NCBI RefSeq assembly: GCF_006345805.1
Contig: NC_043017.1
Location: 15,438,001-15,502,000, forward strand
Direction: 5' to 3'
Source: Octopus sinensis
Taxonomy: Eukaryota
Length of the DNA stretch: 64,000 bases
The translations under genes and the position numbers were made by a program. How positions within the stretch are numbered: position 1 is the first letter of the stretch; each line of letters opens with the position of its first letter. Of the stretch, positions 52,506-64,000 are shown in pieces. The notes below the pieces were generated by a model that made no database searches, was not told the DNA's origin, and saw only the letters and a list, made by a program, of their open reading frames with translations.

Positions 52506-53932
52506 TTACTTTATGTCGAGGTATTGTCGTTACGTGTTTGCCCGAAAAGACTCGCCATGTTCGGCCAGATCCAAGAATATTCTCTTCCCTTTTAACCCGA
52601 AAAAGATTAAGTGTGGTGTCATTGAAATTTAAATATTCCCCATTCAATCTCAATGCAGTCCATCTGTAACTATTTTATATTTAAGAGCTCTTTAGTCTTA
52701 ATTACTCTTCCTCATTTTGCTATTATCATTTTAATTTGTGAACCATCTTCCTGTGTAACACCCACCCAGCACCTCACACCTTGACCTTGGGTGGTACTGC
52801 TCCTTTATCAGAGTTCATTCTGTTGTAAGTCCTTTGACCGCATCTCCGTGATCCCTCCATTCCACTAATCTCGGAGACCCTCGAAACTGCTATGGATGTT
52901 GTCCTGTCTTCTGTGGATCTCTCATTTAAAGAATAATCACTTTTAAGTCAACTCTACAGATTTTCTATAAAATTCAGAGTCAGCACTGGCAGTCACGAAT
53001 GTTTCATATACAAATACGTCTAATGTAAGCAATGCGATTAAAAACAGAAAGACAGGCAATGGGTGTAGATGCACATTTCAGAAGTGATTGCTTTTTCATC
53101 AGAACCGTATTCAATCCATCAACACTCTCCATGATCACATTGCTCAAATAACCACTAAGTTTAGCGGGGTAGACCAATTCCACATATTAAACACACGCCT
53201 GGAAACTGGTACGTATATACTAATTATTGGTGGGGACAGCGTATTTTGTTATACATCCATGATATATCACCAAGTATGTTAAAGGATTATAAGGCAATAC
53301 CGTGTCCAACATTTTTTGTGTTAGTTGACCAGGGATTGCTTCATGTTTCAAACGATCGTGAATTTCATTTTTTTTCTGTGTGTCCCCCGCCTCCCAGAAA
53401 TTGTGGCACCCTCTTACTCTTCCTGTGTCTCCCCTTTGTCACAAGAAGATGGAGTGATACGTTTAGCTGTTAGAGGGAGAGGGTGTTCCTGTCAATTGGT
53501 TTCTGAGACAGAGAATTTGACAGATTCCCAGGTCTCTCGTGAAGCAGGAATTGGTGTTGTGCTGCTGTCGATCTTTCTCCTCTCCCTCTGACTCCCCACA
53601 CCATTATCACCATTGGTCTTGACCAAGAGAAGTGAGTCATTCGTGCGCCAGGTCAGCTCCTATCACTGAGAGTTGAGTAGCGCCCCCTACATGTTTTAGA
53701 ACTCTGGCAGGTAATGAACGCCAGACGGGGTCTGCTGCTCTTCGCCGTCTTCTTTTCTTTTCAACTTCTCCTGTTCCTCATATCAAATTCCTTCAAATAA
53801 GAGTTGGAATATATCAAATTGTACCAATTCCAAATACAATAACCGACATATAGTACGTTGTTGATATTTACGTCGCAGAAAATATTATCAAACATCTGTG
53901 CTATATCTGTGTGTTTGTGTGTGTGTGTGTTT

Positions 53933-53999
<67 letters not shown>

Positions 54000-54805
54000 T
54001 GCCTGTCTGTTTATATATTTGTGTCTGTCCATATATCTAACCGTCTGTCCGTATGTCATGTTGTCCGTCTATTTGCTTGTATCTTTCCCCTCTCCCCCAC
54101 CCCGTCTGTCTACCCGTGTCTCTGCTAAATGCCTATACTATTTTGTCGTTGACATTTTATAAGACAGTTAAAAATTCATATAAAATAGCAGAGCTATTTG
54201 TCTCGAAGAGTTAAATTATATCATTCAATGAATAATATCACACAGTAACAAATTATATCATTGTCTAGTGGTATCATACAATAATAATGTAATTTATCAT
54301 TAACACTAGCATACCCGTGTCGTCAAAAATGCAGACAGTTTTATCAATGATAGAGAATAGTGCATTAAAACAATAGGAGAAGCCATTGATAAATATCAGC
54401 GTTCAAGTAAATATATTTACTTAAAGAGAATTGAAGTACTTCAACAATCAGATACGGTTGTAACGCCTTGCTTGAAAATATCATCATCCATGTAATATAG
54501 ATCTATGTGTGCGCTTGTGTGTATGCATGTATGTATGTAGGTAGGTAGGTAGGTAGGTAGGTAGGTAGGTAGGTAGGTAGGTAGGTAGGTATATGAAATG
54601 TCTACTTTCCCATGCTCGCATTGATTAGACACGGATTTGATATAACTGGATGCCATTGCCATCAACACTGCTAATTTCCATTGCAGTTTGTTGAAGCTAA
54701 AAGTCATAGACTTCACGGCAAAAATTACTTCCCCTTTACTTTCAGTTTACTTTTATAAATCCCCCATACTGAAGGATTAGTCCAGTGAGTATATATATGA
54801 CGGGT

Positions 54806-54867
54806 CGTGTTCTGTCCTTACCTTCGAAACACGCATTGAGTCGATCCAGGGACAGCTGATGAAGGGG
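54806..54867 (+). ncRNA. Non-circularly permuted hammerhead ribozyme candidate
   Basis: CGUG-UU-CUGUCCUU-AC-CUUC-GAAA-CACG-(14 nt)-AGGGACAG-CUGAUGA-A-GGGG; 8 bp stem I, 4 bp stem II, 5 bp stem III. Confidence 0.65.
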
Positions 54868-54987
54868 AATATTCTTTGTATTGTTTGTCTTGTACTCTGT
54901 TTTTTCGTTGTTAAAAAAGTCCGTTTCCTAGTTGTTTTTATGTTTTCGTTTCTTGTTGTGTTCTACGTTTATTTGTGGTGTCCTGTA

Positions 54988-55056
<69 letters not shown>

Positions 55057-55313
55057 TATATATATACATGTAGATGTAGGTACGTACATATATGTATGTA
55101 TGTATGCATATATTTTATTTATTAAATTATTGTATGACTGAGCGCCATCGCGTCGTTTCGTTTCTTTCCTTTCTTTTCTCCAAGTAAGTTTTTATATATA
55201 ATTAAGACGCGAACTATGTAATCCTTTGCTTGACCTTTCCTTCCTTCCTGTCTGTCTTCCTCTTTGCCTCTCTCTCTCCTTCTTATTTTTCACCCGTTCT
55301 GGTTTCCTTTCCG

Positions 55314-55345
<32 letters not shown>

Positions 55346-55509
55346 TCATCTCTCTCACAGCCGAGTCGACTACCTACTTCTTTTCACTGGCAGCTTTCTA
55401 CAAGTCAACATGAAACATTTATTTTTCCATGGTTTCATGGATCAGGAACATTTTGTATAACTGGACACCAACTTTCATTTGCTTCCTAGTAAGGTAATAA
55501 ATATTTGAT

Positions 55510-55940
55510 CATGCCCAGACATGACTATATGAAAAATTGGAAGCAAACATCACCCCTTGACAATGACACTCTCTTAAAACTCCTGCCGGTAGTAATTTGG
55601 CTGTTGGTCCGTGATAAACTGCTTTGATGATCGATGATACTATCATCACGGAGCTTTCTACTAACATATCCATGAATAGTCTCCTGCTCATATAAGTTCA
55701 TCCTTTCATCTGAGGATATGTTGCAGTAGAGTCGTGCGACTTCTTTGGGCATGTATTCTAGGTTATCAAAGAGTGTTACTCAAGGAGCTGTCTTCCAAGT
55801 CCTATGATGTTATCAGCCTCATGTGTGCAAACTTGGTCAAGGGATGCACTTCGACATTCGGTGGTTAAAACATGTTGCCGAAGGGATATGATGCAACATT
55901 CAAAGACATTTTGGATCGATGTTAAGCCTCTGCCACCTTA
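55510..55940 (-). mobile_element. R4/Dong-like LINE fragment, homolog of 34560-34830
   Basis: Shared HGYVSRKL..ID.Q.SLS and CCCTTGACCAAGTTTG. Confidence 0.7.
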
Positions 55941-57169
55941 TGTATCCCTATGTATGTATGTATGTATGTATGTATGTATGTATGTATGTATGTATGTATG
56001 TATGTATGTGCGTGTTTGCATATGTCTGTACATGTGACCCCTGTGTGGGTGCATTAGCCTGTTAACATTTGTGCGTGTGTATATGTGTGTGCACGTGTGC
56101 GTGTGTATGTACATTCAATTTGTACTTTAACGCATGTGTATATATGTATGTGATGTGTATGTGTTTGTGTGTGTGTGTGTTTATTACATGAGTGTGTTCA
56201 TATATGTGTGTGTGTATGTATATATGCAGATGTTCGCGCATACGCATGTGTGGTCACTTAAGTAGATCCTCCACACGCCCGTTCACTGAAACTATCAATA
56301 CTGATCAATATAGACATTAAATCCCTAATCGATACAGCTAATAATGAATGGTGAAATCCCTAATCGATGTGCGATATGATTCTTCTCCATTATCGAACAT
56401 ATTGGCGTTTGGCTTTTGTCCAAACCAATCCTGGCAGAAGACTTATCGCTCTTTTCAGAAATATGGCTGACTTCCTGCCTTCACCACCTTACTCCTTCTC
56501 CTTCTCCTTCTCCTTCTCCTCCTCCTCCTGTTTTACAATTATCGTTATCAATATAATATTACCATAATAATTACCATTATCGATATCATTGATAATTAGA
56601 GCGAAAATGTGTCTTAGTCTATCTAAGACAACATTAACCAATGTCCCAGTCTATGTACAACTACATTACCCAATGTGTCCTAGTGTATCTAGGACTACAT
56701 TAACTCATGTGTCCTTCCCTCTTGATGTACTTACTGTTGTTCATCCCTGATCAAAGAGATCTGTTATCAAAGGCTTTCCACTTGTGACCATTCTGTCCTG
56801 TTGCCAATCATTAATTACATTGTCCAGCATGTCCTATAATTTAAGTATGTTATCTAAAAAATGTTTTTGTTGTTATTTCTGGACGCCCAATAAAGGTTCC
56901 CTCGAATTTCTCGTTTCTAGTTTTGGTCATCCATCCACTGAAAACTCGATTCATTAAGATACAGAGGCCAGGGTAGGGCTGAAGTGAATGAGTGATGTTG
57001 ATGCCTTGCCCAGCAACGAAGAGAGGAAGCTCATGACCAGGCGTTGAACAAGAACTCCCGGTTAATATTGTCCGACTGTAGGAACATAACTATAAACAAT
57101 AATTAGTAATTATATATTTATGAAAGGATGGTCATGGTAGTGAGGGATGGGAAGGATATTGGGCGGGGT

Positions 57170-57212
<43 letters not shown>

Positions 57213-57364
57213 CGTCGTCGTTGTCGTCGTCATAGTTGTTGTTCTCGTTCTTGTAGTAAATCACTGTGTTCTGGAAGACGATAGCAATGTAGAGAGACAA
57301 CTAAATATCAAAAATCCACAACAGGCAAGATACTGAAATGTTATTTTAGAAATATTGAATTAGT

Positions 57365-57400
57365 GCTGATATTTCGAGTTAAACGCTCATCTTCAAGAGC
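57365..57400 (-). ncRNA. Minimal hammerhead-like motif, variant
   Basis: GCU-CUUGAAGA-U-GAG..CUC-GAAA-UA-UC-AGC; short stems. Confidence 0.35.
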
Positions 57401-57569
57401 TTTAAAGAACAAGACACAAATGTAAACTGTGACAATTTTGTTGGTATTTTGAACCCTTGTGAGCGATATTCAAATTGCCACAGGTTTAGAATTGTAGAAG
57501 TTTAGGACTGTAGAGATTTGTGAATTATTTTTAGTCTAAGTATCGAGCGTGCTGGAGGTATCTTTTTTT

Positions 57570-58140
57570 TTCTTTTTAAAGCACAATGAGGCTATAAACC
57601 GCGTACATAGTTCAATATTGAAAATAATCACAAAAACGAGGCAATAAACCTTTCACTATTTTTTACATTTTGTAGACTCTTTTTTAGTACAAACGTCCAA
57701 TATTTCAAGTTTTCCGTCAGATCAGGCTCCTTGCTTCATCGAAGCATCTATTCGGTTCCAGGCCGGACCACTTGGCCATATATCTAAAGGGGTCCGCTGG
57801 GAAGGAATTCATTATCCTGCACAGATCGTTGTCCCATAAGACCTCCGCAGGCAAAGAAATTAATTTTCGGCCGAAAGGTACTCCTGGCCAATAATCCACA
57901 AAAAATACAACATTTTCTCACAATTATGTGAGACAACACACACGTCTCCAAAAAGCTCCGAATCCAGTAAGGACTCCTTTCCTGTTCAAAAAATAAAACC
58001 AACAGGCAACAAATCCTACTGGACTCAAAGAGCAAAAAGTCTTACCTAACGGTAGAGCGTCTTTCAATTCAATTTTCGCCAGCTGCACACCAGCGTGACG
58101 ACTTCAAGGGCACAGAGAAGAACACTGAACAACCGGAACC
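57570..58140 (-). mobile_element. 5' end (UTR plus ORF1 start) of a second Tx1/L1-like element, truncated
   Basis: Begins GGTT right after the AAGAAGCTTGCTTCC target like its neighbour; weak ORF1-like MAKW..LTENLKYWTFVL. Confidence 0.45.
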
Positions 58141-58155
58141 GGAAGCAAGCTTCTT

Positions 58156-60134
58156 TATTTCATTTAATTTGCCACAAGGGCAGCACACAGAGAGAAGCTC
58201 TGGACATGTGGACATGTGGTCTGGACATGGACAAGATGAGATGAAATGAAATAAAAGGATGCGGATGAGAGGTATGTCGGCGCCCACCAACCGACAAACC
58301 CTCGAATACAAAGTTTCTTACAACAATACAAAGTTTCTTACAACAATTCTCTTTGTCAGGTCCCCCAAGCAATGAGACTTGCCGCCTGCAGACAACTCTG
58401 CATCGACAAGTCGGGGCCTGCAAAGAAGAAAGCAAATTCTTCCTTGTCAAAGGTCGTTGTGACCTTTGACAAATTTCTTTCAGTTACTACCTCCGCAGAC
58501 CGAGTACACACGTTCTCGGTCACACAAGCCGTCCAAAAATTTACTCACCGTCCCTCCCTCGTGGTAAAGGAGGAGAAACACCTCCTCTTCACAGGAAGGG
58601 ACCTCACACTGCTCCGTCAGTGGCACACTTCCCACTCACAGAGCCCTATCCGCAGGTGGCAGACATCCCACCTGCGGCTCCGTCGGCGGCCCAGGAACAT
58701 CCGCCGACCGTACTCTATTTTCTCTTTCTTTTTGAGGCTGCGGGAGCAGGGGGCTGCGTCGACAGACGCGGGGGGTCGGTACCCTCTTCCGCCGCCTGAA
58801 CATTCTTTGGTGAGCAACCATTGTTACTCACCTTTCTTTTTCTTTTCGTGGAGGCAACTTCCTCCACGACTTCCACCGTCTCCCCCTCCAATGAGGGGGC
58901 GGCGGGCACCTTCTTTTTCTCATGCTCCAGGGCCCCACCATGGCCCCTGGACAGTTCCTTTTGATATGGATAGGCTCCAGGCACAGGTGACACTTGGGGG
59001 GGGGGCGTCCTCCAAGTATCACCGGCCATTTTGGGGGTCGTCCTTCAAGTATCACCGGCCATTTTAGGAAATCCGGAAACATCATGTCTCCCACGGCCAC
59101 CGGGGTCCACAGGGTCAAAGTTGCCTTTGACCCCTCCCAGTCGACCGCGGGATTAATCTTCACATTCAATAGTCTGAGCCCGCTTCCCCCAGGCCTCGCC
59201 GGATGGTCTTCTCGATCCAGCCCGCCTCCGTGCCCGGGGGCAGCCAGCACACCCAGGCTCTTCTTATCTTCCTCCCACAATAAGTGGGGAGGAACAAAAT
59301 CTCTTCTCCCTCAAGGGGCTCACTTGCAAATCTGCCAGCTTCCTCGGGGGTACCAAACAGCAACCAGACCGTTGCAAATTTGGTCCCCCGTGAAATAAAT
59401 TTTATATTTGGCAGGTAGTCTGCCAACTCTCTCTCTATCACGCTCTTGTCGAAGAGGGCGATGGCACCACACGACCTAGAATAGGTCCGTAGTACCACCG
59501 TCCTCTTCTCAAGATCTTTAATCCACTGTTTGGGTGGGACCACCTCCCACTCCAAAACAGCGGCACCGTTTGTTTTTGCCATGTGCAAAAAAAAACGTCT
59601 TAAAAGTTAAAAAAAAAGTTCAAAGTTCAAAGAGAATGCAAAAAAAAAACAAAATAACAAACAAAAAACAAAAAACAAAAACAAAGTAAGTCCAAAAATT
59701 AATTAATAGTTCAAAGGGAAGGAAAAAATCAGGAAGGATAAACGGAAAAAATAAAACAGTTCACACAGCAAAAATCCAATCTCCTGGTCAACAGGTAATC
59801 CCGGCCTAATGTGGATAGGTTCCTTTTTTGTTGTCCGGTAATTCAAACACAATACAGCCAACGGTAGATGCAACAGCAACAGGTTCTATTCGGGCGGGGA
59901 TACGCCCCTCCAAAAATGAATACAATAATTCTCAATACACAAAAACAGCAGCCGCCGAGAGCAGGCGAAATTGTCCCAGAGCTGGGCACAATTTACTGAA
60001 AAAATATAATTCGCACGCAATAAATTATGCCCAGCTCACAACAAACAAAATCATCTACCTCGGCAACCTTCTCTGTTTTTGTTCTTTTTTCTTTTAAGGA
60101 CGGAGCTCAAAGCTCACGTCCTCACTGTTCAACC
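58156..60134 (-). mobile_element. ORF1-only Tx1/L1-like non-LTR retrotransposon inserted in a SINE head
   Basis: Flanked by direct repeat GGAAGCAAGCTTCTT (58141-58155, 60135-60149); 5' UTR, ORF1, short 3' tail TTGTGGCAAATTAAATGAAATAA; no ORF2. Confidence 0.8.
58260..59582 (-). pseudogene. LINE ORF1 (gag-like) protein with CCHC zinc knuckle, frameshifted
   Basis: MAKTNG..LEKRTVVLRTY..FLPTYCGRK..WPVILEGRPPK x2, CHLCLEPIHIKRNC (C-x2-C-x4-H-x4-C), then a basic KRKRK stretch; 3' end approximate. Confidence 0.75.
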
Positions 60135-60353
60135 GGAAGCAAGCTTCTTACCACGCGGCCATGCTTACTAAATGTAAATATATGCATGTATATATATATG
60201 TTTGTTTGTGTATGCATGCATGCATGCATGCATGTATGTATGTATGTATGTATGTATGTATGCATGCATGTATGTATGTATGTATGTATGTATGTATGTA
60301 TGTATGTATGTATGTATGTATGTACATAGGTAGGCATGTAGGTAGGTATGTAG

Positions 60354-60669
60354 CAGTGGCGGACTGGCCAGGTTGCCAGCTTGCCCAATGCAAGTGGGCC
60401 CCTGCACCATTAGAATCCATATATAGGGGCCCATGTTAGTATCTAAGGGGCCCATTCCCTTAAGTTTGAGAATTTTTTATTCACTCCTGGAAGAATGCAT
60501 TAATTATTTCAGCCTGGCTGTGTTTGTAGACAGGTGAAAAGAATACTTTTAACAAAACAAAATTAAATGATAGCATTGTAGTTGTGGGTGGGCCCCTCCC
60601 TTAGTCTCCTGGGTGGGTCCCTCCCTTAGTCTCCTGGCAACCAATATTTTTAGACCCAGTCTGCCACTG
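60354..60669. mobile_element. hAT-type MITE
   Basis: TIRs CAGTGGCGGACTGG / CCAGTCTGCCACTG (13/14); 8 bp target-site duplication GTATGTAG / GTAGGTAG; internal 25 bp duplication. Confidence 0.82.
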
Positions 60670-63600
60670 GTAGGTAGGAGGGCAGGTAGGTAGGTAGGTA
60701 GGTAGGTAGGTATACATGCACTTAAAACAGCATCAGATGAAAATATGTGTATAATGTTGCGTATAGTTTATACAAACGTAGAACAGTTTTAACAAAAATT
60801 TTATCTCATTTGTTTGCAAAGAAGTGAGAGAGGGGAGGATCATGTATAGTAGAATGGGGGGGTGAAAAGAGGGGGAGGATTAGGATTAGTTTAATAAGTG
60901 ACAAAATAAACCAGCTTAAGATATAAAAGATGATTACACATAAAAGAATATATGTATGATTAAAGATTAAAGGAAAATTTTATAAGAGAGAATGAAATAA
61001 AGTAAGACAATGTATTTCTTAAGACACTGTCTGAATGTTTTTGTGATGATCATGGATGGAGAGTCTCCGTTCATAGTTCTGCTGGATCAGGGCTGGCCTG
61101 GGACATCACAACATTGAGGGTTACATTAGAAACATAGTTCTAGGTAGGTGATATCAGAATCATAGATGGAATGGTCCCATATGGAATATCATTGATTATA
61201 GGTCTGCTGGAACAGGACTACCTGGGGTTAAACACCAACATTTGCAACAAGGAAAGATGGTGAATGCAGTTCTAGATACATTAAGTCTGAATATTCGATG
61301 GGACGGCCATGGCTGGAATATTTTTACTCACCTTTTCACAGTGGGTCACTGCAGCTTCTGTAACTTCAGGTCGTCACAGCGCCCTTTACTTTGAGAAAGA
61401 ACAACCCTATGTTCATTGTGGGTTGTCACAGTGTGTTTTACCCGACAAACCCCTTCATCGAAGGTCAGCATGACCCACTGTAACCGTAGATCATGTCAGT
61501 CGTCCTTAATTTGGGTGACAGCTACCCTGTCGTCTTCATGTTGGCTTATCACATTGCCTGTTTTCTGTGGATTATCCCGCAACAGCGTTGACCTCTGGTC
61601 ATAACAAACCCATTCGGCCTTCCATAGCTCCGCTCACCACAAACCTCTCAGCCCTCCATAGCTCCAGTCCATCACAAAGCCCTCAGCCCTCGATAGCTCT
61701 GGTCACCACAAACCCCAGTTCGGTGCCGAACAAAACACGACACCATCACGCCATCAGTTCAACACAAAATATCTCTGGCTAATCAATATTTTTGAAACTG
61801 TCTCGATGCATAATTAAGATCTGTCGATAGTTTAAAATCGATATGTTCAATAATGAAGAAGTAGGAGATAGCTTAGGCAGTTAATATTCACCGAGTTATC
61901 TGTCAAAGGTTGGAATATAATAAAGATGGCCGACTCTAATGATTCTTCGTTTCTGCCCAGTTTGTTTATCAAACATCAACAAAACTTTTATATTTGTGGC
62001 GTTCTCTCTGAAATACTGCAGCAGGTAAAGTCTTAGAATCATCCATTAATATAAATATTCATCTTGTCACGAACTAATAATCAATAACTTGTCAAACAGA
62101 ACGGAAAATCAAATATTAAATACATTCACCATCTTTGCTAACTTTTACTTCTGTTTTGCCCCTTTTTTCTTTTGTATTTTTTAACTGTTTTTTGAGGGGT
62201 TTTCCTTCGGGCTTTTTCAGTTTTTTTTTTCAACGATAAAAGTGTTTTTTTTTTCCTTTTTAATTGGAGAAAAAGAAAAAGTTATTTATGTAAAAAGAAA
62301 CTATTAAATTTTGCAAAAAATATTCTTTAACTAAATGAAAGCTCCATGATCTTAAAAGATTATAGAAATCAATCTAAATTTAAATCATTTGTCGACATTT
62401 GTTGTTGTTGTTGTTGGGGGGGTTCTTGCTCTTGGCATTCTTGCTCTTGGCATTCTTGCTGTTGTTGTTGTTGTTGTGATTATGTTTGTGTTTTCGTTAT
62501 TATATAAACTGTAACCCTGTACTCCTCTGTATTCAATGCCAAGCCAAAGTATTGAATTACATTCCCTTCTCAGCTGTCGTAACAGACATCATTGTCCGGG
62601 TTAAGGAGTGCAGATATGGCTTATGGTTAGATCCTCACTTCACAACTAAAAGGTCTCTGGTTCAATCACAGTGCACAGCACCTAAAGCAAATGTTTGATA
62701 TCATAGCCCAAGGCCAACCAAATGTGAATGAAATTTGGTCGACAGGGATGGAGTGGAAGAAGAGGAAGCGATTAGCTTCAGTTCTTGAATGGCAAACTTG
62801 ACCTTTCGCCCAGTTAACACAAATTCTTATCCTTCAGATATCTTTAGTGTGGAGTCCACTCTGTTGCAAAGATTTGGACAAGGTCTTCCTTCCTTTCTTC
62901 CTTCTGCCAACATCGAAGACACTTACAATGATATTACTTAAACAGCTTTGGCGCCACGTCTCATGGTTTCGAAACATTTCGTTTGGCACCAAAACAATTT
63001 TTTTCTTTCACACTTTCACCTCGACTTAACTTTACCCCATCCCCACCTCTAAATACAATAGCTACACATTGAGATGATAGGAAGTTCAAAGCCAAATAAA
63101 TCTAGAGTAAGAAGACTTATTTGGGTTCGGGTTATTTTTGAGGGCTTGAGATTGGAAAAAGACACAATTTTAACACGGTTGGCACCTTTACGTATTATCA
63201 TCAGTGGTGATGGCGGGAGGGGTTAGCTCACTGCAGAACCAATAAATTAGACTTGTTATTGAAGTTGTTGTTCTGGTTGCTGTTGTTGTTATTGTTGTCT
63301 TCATCATCATAGTTGGCATTGTTGATGTTGCTGTTGTTGTTGTTAAAGGTGGTACTGTTATTATTGTCATCATCATCGTTGTTCTTGCTGATTTCATTTG
63401 TGCTTCCATTTTTTTTTTCTTATATAAAATGTGACTTTGTACTCATAAAAGCCTGCAAGACTGTGAGGAGGCAGAGAGTAAGATACTCTTGAACCAGAAA
63501 CCAAACCCAAATATTTGCCATGGACTAAACCCTGCTAAAGGTACCCCAGGCAACATGGTGGTAGACCAGGTGATGGATTAAGTAAGTCATGACGGAATTT

Positions 63601-63792
63601 TAACTCGGAATGTGAAGATCCTGGAGAAATACCACAAGGCACCAGTCCACCCCCACCTCTCTAGATTGCTACTTTATTTATCAACCCCTGAAAGAATAAA
63701 ACGTGAAGTCGACCTTGGTGGGATTTGAACTCAAGGGTGTCAAGGATCGGAATGAGAGGCAGGCATCGGTTGGCTTAGAGAATTAATGAGGG

Positions 63793-63903
63793 GGAGGAGG
63801 AGCAGGAGCAGGAGGAGGAGGAGGAGGAGGAGAAGGAGGAGGAGGAGGAGGAGGAGAAGAGGAGGAGGAGGAGGAGGAGGAGGAGGAGGAGGAGGAGGAG
63901 GAG
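63793..63903. repeat. (GGA)n microsatellite
   Basis: Direct. Confidence 0.95.
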
Positions 63904-64000
63904 ACGATGAAATAAAACTGGAGGAAAGAAAATCAATTGTTAATTTGATTTCTGGTGTTGATATGATCGGACATTGTTGTTTGGATGAGAGAGTCACATG

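Overview
AT-rich, microsatellite-dense eukaryotic DNA. The repeat families suggest an octopus/coleoid cephalopod genome (inference). No intact host protein-coding exon is recognisable, and almost all ORFs in the supplied track are translations of (TA)n, (CA)n, (GATA)n or (ATT)n tracts. The window is dominated by mobile elements: tRNA-derived SINEs, mariner (DD34D) and maT (DD37D) remnants, MITEs, a non-autonomous Helitron, CR1-like and R4/Dong-like LINE fragments, an ORF1-only Tx1/L1-like element inserted in a SINE head, and a cluster of Penelope-like elements (PLEs, 16.5-29.8 kb) with long inverted repeats. There are many hammerhead ribozyme (HHR) motifs: canonical and variant type I HHRs in PLE termini, a 4 x ~494 bp tandem array with one HHR per unit (retrozyme-like), and a back-to-back palindromic HHR pair. 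Most notably, three divergent repeats (4.3, 40.1 and 54.8 kb) carry all HHR core elements in a non-circularly permuted, pseudoknotted strand order, with compensatory base changes between copies. One candidate host promoter (X-box/CRE/YY1/ETS cluster, 38.8 kb) and one 100-N assembly gap are present. All structures were assigned by eye; nothing was computed or searched.
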